A DNA stretch of 64,000 nt from the human T2T-CHM13v2.0 reference genome, Homo sapiens. The position numbers were made by a program, and so were the translations under genes. The notes beneath the pieces are model-generated. The model was not told where the DNA came from and ran no database searches. It saw only the letters and a program-made list of their open reading frames with translations. Below, in pieces: positions 12,700 through 26,780 of the stretch. The stretch is taken from NCBI RefSeq assembly GCF_009914755.1, contig NC_060930.1, one strand, 5' to 3'. The number at the start of each line of letters is the position of its first letter. The first letter of the stretch is position 1.

Positions 12700-13939
12700 G
12701 TGCTGGGATGACCTCTTATTCTCAAATTTGGCACAAGGCCTTCTTTTGATATGTGCTTATCAAACGCTACTTTACTAGATTCAGTTGAGAATGAGTTCCA
12801 GAACACAGGCATGTGAATGTGTGAATTTTCCTCTAAGTTGCAGACTCATTATCAACACTCCTAATCCAATTTCTTCTCTCACTGTCATCTCAGATGTTGG
12901 GAATGCTGTTTATTATCTAAAGGAAAATGGACCCCCTAGGTCTGCTCTTCAGGCTGATCCTAGGTAACTGACACCTATTTAGGGAAATAGGTCAAATCCA
13001 TCAATATTCTTTTAGGTATGCATTAAGTACCTGCTGCGTGCCAGGGGCTTCCCTGGGCATCATCTCTGTTCTTGTGGAGCTTATTAAAGCCTGGAAGGGG
13101 AGAAGATGAGTAAATTGATGATGCATGAAATCATAAAAAAAATGTACAAGATAAAGAAGTAATCCAGATGAGCGAGCGATCACAAACAGAAATACAACAG
13201 TTCCTCCAGCTTGCTTTCTACTCCAATAGCCAAAGATCATAAAATAAAGATAAGTTTTTCTTTCCTATTTGCCCATCGAAAATTGTTACTTACTTTGGGT
13301 GAAAGGATATTTGCAAGGCTGCTTTTATGATATACAGCTACTTTCACCTCAAGTCAAAGCATTTTAGAGATCAATTTTCACAGCACCAGTAAAAGACAAG
13401 GGATATATATCTGTTAGTTGCCCTGAATTTCACTTCTGACAGTGATTGAAATGGCTAAGCCCACCTCTACTCCAACACATTCCCACTTGACATTAGTTAC
13501 CTGAAAAATGACTGTAGATTATCAAAGCCAAGTGCAGCTTCCAGGAACACCAAAGGCTAGTCAATTTGGTGCTTGCCTCACTGGGATATAGTTTGGAGCA
13601 TATCTTGTTAACATACGTATGAGACTGTTGTAAAGGAGATAAAGAAAAGCTGTACTAAGAATTAAACACGTGATAAGTATTCTATTTTTCATATAGGTGT
13701 ACCTTGCCCTTTGCTTGAGTTGAAGGGCTTTGTTTTCACTCAAACTTCAAGAAATGTTTATTAAGCACATACTACAACTAGTGCTGTGCCATAGATGCTT
13801 GAGATAAAAAGATATATTACACACAGTCTCTGCCCTAAAGGAGATTGTAGCAATATGGACAGAGAGAGTGAGCAGGAGGGTCCCATAGTCATAGAGGTTT
13901 GCTCTGCCTAGATCGATGTTTTTGTGGAGCCTGGTCATT

Positions 13940-14145
13940 AACAGTGGGCTCTGGGGTCAGGCTACCTGTGTACAGGCCTTGAGCAAATTACTTACCCTCC
14001 TTATTTCTCAGTTTCCTCTTCTCTAAAATGCAAGTAACAGTTCTTTAGCTCTTGTGCTTATTGTAAGAATTGAATGTATTAACCTATGTAAATCACTTAG
14101 AGCAGTGTTTAACGCACAATAAGCGCTCAGTAAACATTCACTGTC
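13940..14145 (+). mobile_element. MIR SINE
   Basis: ggctctggggtcagg...ccttgagcaaattactta...cagtttcctc...aagcgctcagtaaacatt. Confidence 0.8.
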
Positions 14146-14169
14146 ATTCTTAATATAATATCATAATGA

Positions 14170-14570
14170 AAGGATTATGTGCTTCTGTGGGAGCACAGGG
14201 GAGAGTCACTTGTTCTAGACTGGAGGGAGTCCCTGGAAAAGATGGCCTCTGAGTTGGGTCTTGAAGACGATATTGGTGTTATCCAGAGGAGGAGCTGGAG
14301 GGAGAAGTGTGCTCCAAGGAGTGCTAAGTCACCAAAGAATGGAAAGTCATAGTGTGTGGAAGGAGGTGGGGGAGGAGGGAACTTTCTGGAATCCGAAAAA
14401 GTGTACACCTGCACAAAAACCAAAGTGAACAAACATCATGAAGAAATGAGAGGGCTGTGTGATGGCTGGCACAGGAGGTCAACTTACCACGCTGAGGAGG
14501 TCAGACAGATGCGAGGCTGTGGTGTTGAGTGGCTTTGGATGTCACCTTGGAAGGAATAAAACTTTGAGAT
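14170..14570 (-). mobile_element. L2 fragment
   Basis: gtgcttctgtgggagcacagg...tgagttgggtcttgaaga. Confidence 0.55.
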
Positions 14571-15806
14571 AGATGGAAAGACTAATCTCTGCACCACTCA
14601 CAGTATTTAAAACAGTGCCTTGCACTTAATAAATATTGCATAAGTTGATTTGACAATCCATTGATTATTGCTTCTGTGTTATTTATAAGGTCTGCCACAT
14701 CAATACAAAAGCAATGTTGGCTTCATTGAAGTTTTAGTGCAATTGTTCGTTTGGGACAACAAGTTCTTCCATGATCCCCCTACTTAATTCCTAATTTATT
14801 CCTGCGTCACAACTCCACGCCTTTGTTATTGAAATCATTATCTTGGGATAGAGCCAGTTCAGTTCTTCTGAAAAAAATCATTTCTAGAAAATCATTAGTT
14901 GGTTTAGTATAAAAATAAAAATTAAGGAAAGTTTCCTGTCAAAGGAAGAATAAAACAGGGGAAGTAAAGGGCTGTTTTGTAGGTGATACCATGGCATGGG
15001 CTTATGGCTGGATAACTAGGCTCATTTCCTTTCCAAATCAAAAATATATATTTGGTATTTTCCTATTGCATTTGTCAAACACAAGCAAGACACGCTTTCC
15101 ACAAATTGCTACCTTAGTCTCAAATTAGACAGTTTTAATCAGCTTTCTCTTTCTGTCCACAATGTCTAAGTAATACCAAATTTGGAAATAGCGTTATAAT
15201 TATGTTATCATTATTAAGGCAGCAGGTGGCTTTTAATGAGATCTTGAAACAGAACTGTTCCCTCTATGTCCAATCAAAATCCACACTTTGCTGCCTTGAC
15301 AGAAAACACTGAACTGTTTTTCTCAGCTCTGGGGAGATAAATCAATGAAAATTGTGATTGTTCTAAAAATTGTAGTTTCTGATTGAACCTGTCTTTGTGT
15401 TTTACATGATAAGGAAATATTATTTTTTTGGAAACAAACAATAGCTATACTGGGCCAAAAGAAAAATAAATTCATTTGAATTAGCCTGAATCTAGTGTGA
15501 ACAATTAATTCTGAACTACAACTAAGAAGCTCTGTTTTTGAATTCTCAAACAGTTTTATTGAGAGAAACCTGAGAATCTGTGAAAATGCATCCACTTATT
15601 CAGCATGAAAAAGAGTTCTAGCAATAAGGACTTTTAACAGTTTAGCTGAGCCAAGAGCTGCTATTACCTTTTAAACCCAAATAGATTTGTCAGAATTTTT
15701 AGTTACTATTTTTTTTGTATATAGCTCAGAAAGTTCTGTAATATTTCTCAGAAATTACATTATGTATACTTTTGAAAAGCTTGTTGGTTTAGAAGTAAAG
15801 AGAACC

Positions 15807-16253
15807 AACCCAAATGTCCAACAGTGATAGACTGGATTAAGAAAATGAGGCACATATACACCATGGAATACTATGCAGCTGTAAAAAATGATGAGTTCGT
15901 GTCCTTTGTAGGGACATGGATGAAGCTGGAAACCATCATTCTCAGCAAACTATCGCAAGGACAAAAAACCAAACACCGCATGTTCTCACTCATAGGTGGG
16001 AGTGGGAACTGAACAATGAGAACACATGGACACAGGAAGGGGAACATCACACACCGGGGCCTGTTGTGGGGCAGGGGGAGCGGGGAGGGATAGCATTTGG
16101 AGATATACCTAATGCTAAATGACGAGTTACTGGTTGCAGCACACCAACATGGCACATGTATACATATGTAACTAACCTGCACATTGTGCACATGTACCCT
16201 AAAACTTAAAGTATAGTAAAAATATATATATATGTAAATAAATTAAAAAAAAA
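15807..16253 (+). mobile_element. 5'-truncated L1PA (about L1PA3-5): end of ORF2, 3'UTR and tail
   Basis: ORF 15824-16012 matches the L1 ORF2 C-terminus (IYTMEYYAAVKNDEF); 3'UTR G-tract; gctaaatgacgag; perfect 16-bp TSD agaagtaaagagaacc (15791-15806 and 16254-16269). Confidence 0.96.
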
Positions 16254-16494
16254 AGAAGTAAAGAGAACCTAGATCCTCCACCAGGGGAATACATCTTCAG
16301 ATTTTAAATGGTTTTCTTAAAGTTCACTCTTAACCCCCCTGCATATGGGTGTGGTAAAAGAGATGACCATTTATCCCACATATAGAAATACTTCTTGTCC
16401 TGCCAAACTATTTAGAACTTTTGCTGGGTATGGTAATTCTTTTATTTTCTACATACCTGCTTGTTTATAGATGAATCAAAAGATTTACAAAATG

Positions 16495-16526
16495 CTCCGT
16501 CTCAAAAAAAAAAAAAAAAAAAAAAA
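16495..16526 (+). mobile_element. Extremely 5'-truncated Alu: CTCCGTCTC plus A23
   Basis: Last 9 nt of the Alu body plus uninterrupted poly(A), flanked by a perfect 17-bp TSD aaaagatttacaaaatg (16478-16494 and 16523-16539). Confidence 0.85.
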
Positions 16527-16879
16527 GATTTACAAAATGAGATAATCTAAGAAAAGTCAAAAGTAAGTGGCATGTTGGTGCCGCTAACTCATTAGTTCAG
16601 GTTCTAGGATTTAAGGAAATCATTAGTACCTCATTGACCACCAAGTAATGGGGACTTCGCAGTCCTCAAATCAGTTCAAACATTGTAATGCCAAATGGGT
16701 GACTGAGCTAAAGATAGTGCCCAAGCAATGAGGAATGTCTGGTGCACGGATTCCTTGAGTCCCAAGAATTTCAATAATTGCTTTTTCCTGTCTTGCCATG
16801 GCATCTATTTGAACCAATACCACGTCCCATAAAAATCAATAAGGAAAGCTCTAACAGGCCCCAGTGTCAGGCAGGAGTG

Positions 16880-17330
16880 AACTTCTGAGAGCTCTGGTGA
16901 AGAGTTCAGTGGGGACAGTGGAGAGACACCATGCATCAGGCATCTGGGCAACTTGGACTTGATTCTAGGGGTAGTGGAAATGCACAGAGGCATTTAAAAT
17001 GGGAGAGTGGTATAAGCAAATTTGTATTTGGGAATGAATTTGAGGGAGCAAGACTGAAAACAAGAACAGTGCTAAGAGGGATGCACAGAGCATGGGCTAG
17101 GAAAGAATGATAGAGGAAAAATGAAAAATTTAAAAATCGCAGAACTAAACCTTATTGGCAATGGAGTTGTTAGCAGTCGGGACAGAGTGGAAGCAAGGAT
17201 CACTTGGGCAACTGCATGGATGGCTACTTACAATATCTGTGTCTGGGAGCAGAATGAAAAATTTACAGCATAAGCCGAATTTTACCACATTGAAAAGGAG
17301 GCAAATAAAAGAAAATCTCAGAAAAGTACA
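16880..17330 (-). mobile_element. L2 fragment
   Basis: ttggacttgattctaggggtagtggaaa...ttttaaaatgggagagtg...cttgggcaactgcatggatgg. Confidence 0.5.
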
Positions 17331-18329
17331 TTCTTAGAGGATAGGGGATCATACCCCATTTATTTGGGGTGTGGTGTCTCCAGTGGAGATAGATATCTTT
17401 GGAGGTCAGTAAGATTCAGCTGTTCTCTCTATATTTATTCCTTTCCCATTAGATATGGCCAATTTCCTCCCCCCTCCATCAATCTTCTTTTGTATTTTAA
17501 CTTACATTTTGTTTTCTGGAACAAGGACTTAGTGCATAATAGAAATTCTATTAAAATAAATTGGAGCCTAAGTAACTCACATATTAAGACACAAATTTTC
17601 TGTCTGATAATGTACCGTCCTAATATTTTATAACATACCTCTCTCGTTGGGTGGTGATTTGTAAAGAATTACCAATTCCTTATGTGATGTAGGCTCCATT
17701 TCTTCTTCTATCACTCTTATACCCAGGTGTCACCATCAGGATGGGAAAACGACTTAAGACATTTCAGCAATAAAGCAATATAAAGATTTTAAAAGATGTG
17801 ATTCTTTGTAGCATAATTTTAATAATTGCATTACCAATAAATTACCATCACTATTAAAAAAGAGAGAATATTAGCTCACTTTATTCAAATGTGTTGGAAA
17901 ACATAATTCTTAACATGGTGAGCAGTATTATTAACCTTTTAAACAAAAGTTATAATCCTTCTTTTAAATATATTATTATTATAAATCTGTTTCATTTTTA
18001 AGATTTTCAGGAATCAATATAATAAGCTGTCCATTTTCCCTTATTTCACAAAGAAAGTAAATTAGAGGATAGGATTCAACTGGCATAAATGTACTTTACA
18101 GAAAACTATTGGAATGCCTCTGTCAATGATAAGAAATATTTTAATTCTTACTATGATTATAGTTGCCATTCTATGATTTACATTTGAAAGGAAGGGAATA
18201 AAATATGGTTTTTTGCTGTCTCCTTTACAACAGTTCAATTGTTCATTTCTTCACTTTTTCCTACTCATTTAGTCTTTCATTCACTCAAGAAATATTTGAG
18301 TATCTACTATGTGTGGACATTTCTGGCCA

Positions 18330-18822
18330 CTTAATATTCATTCCTTCTTCTAGGAGACCCTGATTTCCTTCTAGGCCATCAGCTTCCCTCCACTGTTTGA
18401 AACCTTGTTTGGGTGGCATATCAAAGAAGTTCTCTCCTATTATACAGAAGTCAAAGGGCTCCACACAAGCTCAGTTCTCCATATTTTTTCTATCACCACC
18501 CTGGAACATCCAAAGTGCAGGCATGAGACCTGAACTCGGTCAATCAGACACTCCCTCCTGGAGTGATAAACTGAAGAGAGTGACATTCCCACAGCCAATT
18601 GACTAGAACTTCATTCCAGTGTTGGGGGGTGGACACCTTTGAGCATTTCCTGCCTCTGAGATCTGTTAGTGCTTCCTGATTCCTGTCTACTCCAAACCTT
18701 CTGTTTCTGCCGTCTCTTTTGTCCTCTCTGTGACTTCCTTCTTATTCTTCCAAAAACTTTTCTCTTTTCCTTCATTTAACCATATTCATTTCTGATGCTT
18801 GCAATCAAAGAAACCAAACTAT
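18330..18822 (+). mobile_element. Old ERVL or MaLR LTR (LTR16/MLT1-type), tentative
   Basis: Typical LTR 3' end tttctgatgcttgcaatcaaagaaaccaaacta; interrupts an L2 3' end. Confidence 0.35.
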
Positions 18823-18958
18823 AAAGGCAGAGTTTCTGCCTTTAAAAGGCTTACAGTCTAGTAAGCATATAACAAGTCTTCCTATCAGAATACTTTGGAA
18901 TTATAATGGGTATTATGTTCCTTTCAGAAATCTATTTTTCGAGCCACCAGCAATGCAG

Positions 18959-19093
18959 ATTTGTCAAATACCAGGAGCAGACTGTCTCCATTTATGCAAT
19001 ACACAGTAGGCATCAAGCAGTGAATTTCTGAGCTGCTCTGTTCCTCAGATGAGTAGACACATATCAGGTAAAACATGAAATAAGAATGAATTC
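18959..19093 (+). repeat. 135-bp local duplication, copy 1
   Basis: Ungapped match to 22936-23070 with 8 mismatches by hand alignment. Confidence 0.95.
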
Positions 19094-20989
19094 ATCCACA
19101 TAGCAATGGTCAGGGCTGATATTAAAGATAACTTTAGATCTCTTCTCACTATGAGTCATTGATGGCAGAAATAATTTGTTACCGCAAAGACCAAACCTAA
19201 ACACTCAACAAGTTAATGTGAAGATCAATTTAATTTTCTTACCAAAAAGACTACTTTACATTATTTTTGGCATTTGATTACATTAAAAGCATGTTGAAAT
19301 AAAAGCAACCAATCTGTTCAATACAATCTAATGAGAAATAAATCTATTATAGTATATAGTTTAATTGCTTTGAAAAGATAACGACGAGTAAGTTTAACTT
19401 TGTTTCTAAATACATGTAACTGGACTACTTTCTTTTGCAACCTCTGCACTAAAGTTGAAAGAGATTTTATGCACAAATGCCAATAATGGTTTTAAACAAT
19501 ATAAATACTTGCTTGAAGATGGATACTAATGCCCTCTTTGGAACTATTGTGGTCCATCAGGTCAATAATATTCATTTAAAAAACTCTCCAAATGTGTTTT
19601 CATACAATAGCCCCTGAAGATAATGAAAGGCTCATTATGGTCTGCTGAGTCAATAATCTATGTTTTTAATACATACTCCAAAATTCATTTCCTCTTCTAT
19701 GTCAATGTCTGTTTAAACTATTTCAATTAATTATTGTTAAGAGGAAAAGTTGCAATCGGTTTGAACTCTATATTTAACTGCTATTAAGCATTCAATTCTT
19801 ATAATCAGTTACTTATCCTGATATGTTATAGATTATTACCAATAGCTTAGAGCAATGAAAGATCACAAAAAATTGGATGTTAGAGTGAAGCAAGAATAAA
19901 AATGTGTGCCAATAAAACAAAAGCAAAAAATTCCAAAACCTTCTGTAACAATAACTTGGAAGAATTAGGCAAAAGCTAGTTTGTGTGTCAGTTGGCCAGG
20001 TTGTTGCAGATAATTTCAAGCTTTCTGAATATTTTTTAAAACTTAGTTTTGTGAGATAGTTAAATCAGAAATGTTAAATCTGGCCAATCTAACACAAGCA
20101 TGACTAGTGGGTTCACAATAGCCTGTTTTGAGATATAATTTCACATTTATTTGATTTGTGAGAGTAAGAAGCACTTTAATGTTTAAAATACAGACATTTT
20201 AAATATAGTTTGTATATTTAGTATCTGACAATTGAGACTAAAATTGCTTATACTTTTGTAGAAACTATGCCAAGGTTGTAAGGACTAAATTGTTAAATTT
20301 ATTCTAGAGGGAAGCACTGACGATTTGAAATAAGGTTACATTTATTTTTTTTAAACATCTTGTTTGTATGTATGTATGCATGGTTTAAAGTGTTGGTATT
20401 CCGTAATTTAACTGTATGATTTTATGCCTACTGCACTTTGGATGCTCATGAAAATGAGACTCCTGTTCTCCTTGCTTTTCTGCTGAACAGTCTTTCAATA
20501 AGTATTTTCTTCTCCTTCCTCTCTATTGTGGTTTTGTGAAAATATCTTTTAGCTTAATAATTTAACCTTGGTTTATTTTACTGGGTAGAGAGGGGTTAGC
20601 ATTTTTGTCGAGCTCTGTTACTTGAATCTGGCAAGGTTCACATTTCAGTTAAGCTGGATTTTCTAACCTGCTGGTCTTCATCTGCTGGCTGCAGTGAAAT
20701 CCTAAAACACAGCAACATGCTGGTATCATGAGTGATCACGCAGCTGTGTGAGTGAGAAATGAGAGAAACTCTGGAGGGGACTGAATCTGTGGCACGAGGG
20801 AAAAGATTCAACCTTGTGGAGGGGTATGGGGCGTGGAGCAGGGGCAGGAATGGTTGCTGGATTGGAGTCAGGGCAAATTCTAACTTCATAAACTCAATGC
20901 CCTGTCTGGCACCACCACATTTATCTTACAGAATCTATATTCAAGTTAGCAAGACTAATCACTGAAATCAGAGCCTTTAATACCATATA

Positions 20990-21240
20990 TTCATTATTCA
21001 TTCATTCGACAAAGACTTATTGTGTGCCCACCATGTACCATACCCTAAAAGCTTGGGGGAAAAATGGTGAGCATAGACCAGATCCAGCTGCCTGCCTTCA
21101 TGGAGCTTCATGAGAGAGACATTTATAAAATATCATAGACAGAAAATTACAAGCACGATAGAAAGAGGGAGCAGATAGAAGAGTTGATCTGGTCAGCTGC
21201 GGCTGCCCCTAGAAAAGATGAATTTGGGTGAGAGCTGAAG
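20990..21240 (-). mobile_element. L2 3' end
   Basis: attcattcattcgacaaagacttattgtgtgcccaccatgtacca...ctgccttcatggagctt. Confidence 0.7.
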
Positions 21241-21299
21241 GATTATGAATTGTTCATAATGACAGTACTAATGATAGTACTATATAGTGAAAACAGGTA

Positions 21300-21560
21300 A
21301 CATTTACTTAATATTTATTATATGTTATGAGCATTGTAATTATACATTATGGGCATTGTCATAATGTGATAATGTAATAACTGAGTAAATCCCTCATAAC
21401 AACTCTTTAAAGTAGGTATTATATTTAGGTTCATTTTATACAAGGGGAAACTGGGATTAAGAGAGGTTAAGTAACTTCCCTAAGATCACACAGCTCATAA
21501 GGAAGGAAGTGGGGAATTTGAATCAACACTGTCTAGCTCCAGAGTTGTTGTTCTTAACCA
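21300..21560 (-). mobile_element. MIR SINE
   Basis: cattttatacaaggggaaactgg...agaggttaagtaacttccctaagatcacacagct. Confidence 0.8.
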
Positions 21561-22935
21561 TGACACTTGAACCTTCTTAGCAAACACAATCTGAATTTTA
21601 GGTCCTCTGCCACTAGGAAACAATTACAAAGTATTTTCTATTTTCCAGACACTACTCAAAGCTTCTGATTATGTTAATTCATTTGATTTTCCAAACAACT
21701 CTTTGAGATAGGTTCTACTATTACCCCCATTTTACCAGTGGGGAAATTACAGATTGCCTCCAGAGATGTTACTCTGGATCTCTTTGCTACCTGGCCTTGC
21801 AGGATGAAGGCAGGAGGTAGAAGTGCAGGACCCTTTTAACCATGCCGTGAGAGGACATTGGATGTCTGCTAGGGGACAAAGGGTGCAGCTAAAGAGACCT
21901 GCCAGAGGATGGATTAAGTGGTTCTGGAACAATTTTGTTTTCCTATTGTAAATATGTACATAATCTCATCACAAATAACAGTAACTGGTGATGAAGGAGA
22001 AGCTTGGGAACACAACCATGGATTAAAAATGTTACCCTGTAGACCAGCCTGTTGAGTACTTATATACAAATTAATCCAAGGTTAAAATTCAAATTTCTCT
22101 GAATCTGGGCGAAATATTTAAAAAAAAATTCTTCAAAAAAATGATTTTTGAAATATTTGACTTGCATATCTCAAGATATTTGCAAACAAATTAGTTTATT
22201 GGCATTCTAGTACCACATTAACCAAAAGCACTAGTTACAAGCATGATGACCATTTGGTTTTCTATAGAATGAAATATAATGTGTTATCTACAATTTTAGA
22301 GTATGAACAGGAATACTTTTATTAGTTAATATTTGTGTTTAAAATTGCAAATTGCTATCTGCAATTTCTAAACAAGTAACCAGAGACAATACACATATTT
22401 TCTTCTAATATTATTATATTATTCTAATATATTTCTATCTAATATGAGATTCATATGCATTTTTGGGGATTTTTTTTAGTTTTTATTTTGTTTTGGATTC
22501 ATAAGCATTTTTAAAAATATTAAAAAGAAAATACTAGAATGCTGAAGTTTGGTTTGTCATTTTTGAAATGATAGTCATGGAGTATACCCTTATCATGAAA
22601 GGATACTCACTACATGACATGAGTGGGGTCAGTGTAAATGAGAACAATGAAATGTTACCATGAGATTAATGGGTCCTAATTTGCCACAGTTAGTTGATAG
22701 TGGCCTTCACCCAGCTAAGAACAGGAAGTTCCATTTTTAGTGACTTCAACCTTCATAATCTGTTGAATTACATCTCTTAGCATCAGCTGGTTCATACCTA
22801 CTGTCAGGCCAAATGGAGCCATGCAATAGAAAAACCCGTTTTCTGAGAGTCTGAACCTTGGGTTGATGTAAATCTATTTATAGATGGCCTCAACATGCGT
22901 GCAGGAAACACACTTCTCTCTCCTGGTCCTGGTCT

Positions 22936-23070
22936 ATTTGTCAAATACCAGGAGCAGAATGTCTCCATTTATTCAGTACACAGTAGGCATCAAGCAGTGA
23001 ATTTCTGAGCTGCTCCATTCCTCAGAGGAGTAGACATGTATCAGGTAAAACATGAAATAAGAATGAATTC
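22936..23070 (+). repeat. 135-bp local duplication, copy 2
   Basis: Direct copy of 18959-19093, preceded by a tcctggtcctgg stutter. Confidence 0.95.
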
Positions 23071-26000
23071 GTGACAGCAGGCAATTCTGGGATCCTGGAC
23101 CGGGTGCCACCAAAGGCAGAGAGAGGACAGTTTCCTCTAACTGCAAAAAAAGAATATTTGGCTCCATCGATATAAAATTCAAATTCAGATTTGCAGTGGT
23201 AAAATTTCTAACTAGGGTGATGATTCATTTTCTAGACTTCCATTGTTCTGAATCCCTAAAGGGTCCAGATTCCAAAACAAGAAGCTAGGACAATAATTTG
23301 AGTGAACAGACACACATACAAGTGCATGTATGGGATTGCACGGTACATATTACAGCCTCCTAAAATACATAAATCTGGAGATGGGTTACTATACAGTTTA
23401 CAGACGTATTCTTGAAAGCCTTCTCACAACTCTCCAAGACCTTTGGGGGAAGCTCAAGTCCCTTTGTTATGTAATAGTCGTGATCCCAGACTCTGAATCC
23501 CAGGCTTGTTGTCACTGGTTCTTGGTCCTTCACAGAAAACAGGTAGTTCTTGGTACACATTGGAGGAATGAATACAGATATATTTGAACTTGACCTCTAT
23601 AAGGCTTCCAACAGAGAAATGAAGATGTACAGAAATTAAAGTAATTAGGAGAAAACGTTAATTTTTAACTTGTATATTAATAGAAAGCCTCATTGATATT
23701 TTCTCTATGCATAGCATGTAAATTGACTTTTTCCATCATTATTAGATCGCTTCTAGCTTTTGAAAAGCCATTTTAAAAAATCATTTTAAAACCCATCGTG
23801 AAAAAGCTGTAAAGACCTGTCATCTTTTCATCTTACCGGATAGAATTTATGAAGCGAGCTCCCTCTTCCTCTAAGTGACTGATCTAAGAAATTCACAGAC
23901 CTTTACTTAGATCATGTGAAAATAAAAACCAAGCACGGTATTTCTATCATGAGAGACATCTTTCTTTCTTCTCCTATCACTATGTTTGATCATGGACAAT
24001 GAGATATATCGTTGTATGCAGACATGTACATTTGCCTTTCCCAGCTAAAATTCTCACTAATATTTTGTCCATCATTCATCTTGACTATTTTGATTTTCTC
24101 CTGGTGGATTTTCCTCACTGCATTTATGAACGTTTCTTCCCAGACTACCAAATGTTTTCTTTCTTCTTCTTTTATCATCAGTTCTGAAAGAAGGCTGTGA
24201 ATTTCCACAGAGCTGTTGTTTTTTGAGGGATTGTTTTGTCTTCAAATGCTGAGGATAGGCCATTTGTATTTTGGTGATAAAGGGATAATTTTTCTTCAGT
24301 AGAATTGTCTCCTCCATCAAGAGATGGAAACATAGCTCCTTCCTTTCCTACTCAAATTTTAACACAGAAAAGCTTTAACATAGATCTATTGATAGACAGT
24401 TGAATCCACAGTAAGCCACAAATTTACCAAAAGAATTCGTGGGATTTACTGAGTCAGTAATTCCTATTTTACTCAATATTCTGAAAAGCAAGAACTGGAA
24501 GCAGAACTTTGAGCTCTGCTTTATAATAATGATATTGGGGTTGTTTATGAGGGTCATGTTTGAATTACATATTCTTTCAGGCTCATAAGTCAGAGGGGAA
24601 TAGTAACTCCATTGACTCATCAAATTTTTTAATTCTGTGAAACAAATCCCTCTGGAAAAATGAATATTAATAATTAGACAATATCCAATTAGGGGCCATA
24701 GGCCAGAGCTAATCCTTCAACTAAAAAATCCACAAAGCACATGTAATAGTAGAAACTTAAGTTAACAAACCCTATTAACATAAAATTAATGATAATAGTA
24801 TAGTGTGAGATATTTCAGCCTCCTCCAACTAAGAGCCTATTGCCATATTTTTTTTCTTTTTCTTAGGAATTCATTTTCAGCATAAGACTTTAATATTGCC
24901 CTTTGAAACAAACATATAATTTTCATTTTATGTAGTTTAAGAACCCACATTTTGATCAATTCTTAAATATGAGCCTTTTTCCTCTCAAATTAAGGACACA
25001 TGTAAGCCTGCATTTTCTTTTATTTTAATAGAGAAATTACAGTGTCTTCAGCAAATTAAATGAGGACTCACTCCATTCCTGACTCATTTAGAGATGCCAA
25101 GCAGATTTCTCATAATAATTTAGATTTCTATTAGTGTACAATTTACTAAAGACTTGGCTTTCCATTATCACAGCAGTCTGGAACTGGAAGGACCTCCATT
25201 TTACAGAGAAGACAAGGTTGGCGCTGTTTAGTAAAATGAGTTGTGCAACATCACCGATAAATATCAGTCGAATGATTCTGGGTGTCAGTATGAGCCCTGA
25301 GCGAACACGGTCTTTCCCTGCACATCCAGACCTGTAACCTCACCTGCGGTCAGTCACCCAGGGACCTGAGGCTCCCCACAGTTTTTCCCCTCATCGTGAC
25401 CCCTTGCTTAGCCAAATGGAAGGAAAATATAAGAGGTAGGAGAAGTAATGAAAATAAAGTCAGTTCAACCCAAGCCAATGTTCCTTTTGGATCTGGTCTA
25501 GAGATTTTCTTGACCCCTTTACAATAAAATAATGTATTTTCATATCATTCTCCTTCATCTTGGTGGAAATTTTTCAGGATTTCGAGGACAAATCTGAAAA
25601 ATACGTCTGTGTCTTTTTTATAGATACAAAGCTGGAGCCTCTGCATTCTAGTTGACGCATGTAAATAAAATCAACCAAAAGCTACCGGGCGAAAGGTAAA
25701 CACTCAGCCTCTGAACAATAAAAGAAAAGGGGCTCCAAATATATTAAGGCCTAAATTATACAGTACACACAAGTAGACACAGGCAAGAATAATCTACAAA
25801 CTGTTCCCTTTATGTATAATTCAGTACACAGATGCTTTTTATCTCACTAAATCAGAATTCAATCAGAAGAGCTAAAGCTTCATTATTAAGCAAATTTCTC
25901 CCCAATAAAATGCTGATGCTACTTTTCAGTTCCACAATTTAGAAATTCTTTTCATGGATACATTCAATTTGCTTGATTTCTGTTTTTCCTTCAAGTTTCT

Positions 26001-26259
26001 AGAAGACAAATTTCTATGGGATTTCAGTGTCCTATTTTAGCCTGGTCCAGTCTTTTTGAAATGAGAATATCTGTTTGCTTTAGTTGTCAATGGTCTTTGG
26101 CTACTGCAAACTGGGAACAAAGAGAGGAAAGAAATAATTTTCTTTTATCCCTTCCATCCATATTCCTATGAAGTTTCAAAAAATGTTTATTTTAGCTAAC
26201 ACAAAAATTTAACCTCAATAATTTGAACAAGATAGATTTAAAACAACAAAGAAACACCA

Positions 26260-26780
26260 GTTTTAACCCATCAAATTGGCAAAGCTTAAGAAGTATGATA
26301 ATGCTCTGTGTTGGCAAGGGTGTGGAGAAATGGGCATAATTTTACACAGCTGGCAGGATTTTAGAATTGGTACAGCATGTCTCTAGAGAAATTTAGCAAC
26401 ATCTGTCAAAATACAGTAAAATGTATCTAGCATTTCCTAGGAATTACTAAGGAAAATATTAAACATATGTATAAAGATATTTGTTCTGAGATTTTACTTA
26501 TGCAGTTATCTATAGAAAGAAAGCTTTTTAAAATATTCAGTAATAGTGGATTAGTTAAGTAAATTGTGGCACACATACATTATGTAAAAAAATGTTGTAC
26601 AAGAATGTATGACATGAGAAAATGTTCACTGTTCTCACAGAGAGTTTTTAAGTAAAAAAGGGAGTCTGTGGAACAGTATGCTCGGTGTGATGCTGTTCAA
26701 CTCTATTGAGATCTATTTCTGGAAAAAAACGCACTAAAATGTTATCTGTGGTTTAATCTGTGTAGTGGATTTCAGGCAAG
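26260..26780 (+). mobile_element. Old L1M (L1ME-like) 3' fragment
   Basis: ccatcaaattggcaaag...gtgttggcaagggtgtggagaaatgg ORF2-end motifs. Confidence 0.65.
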
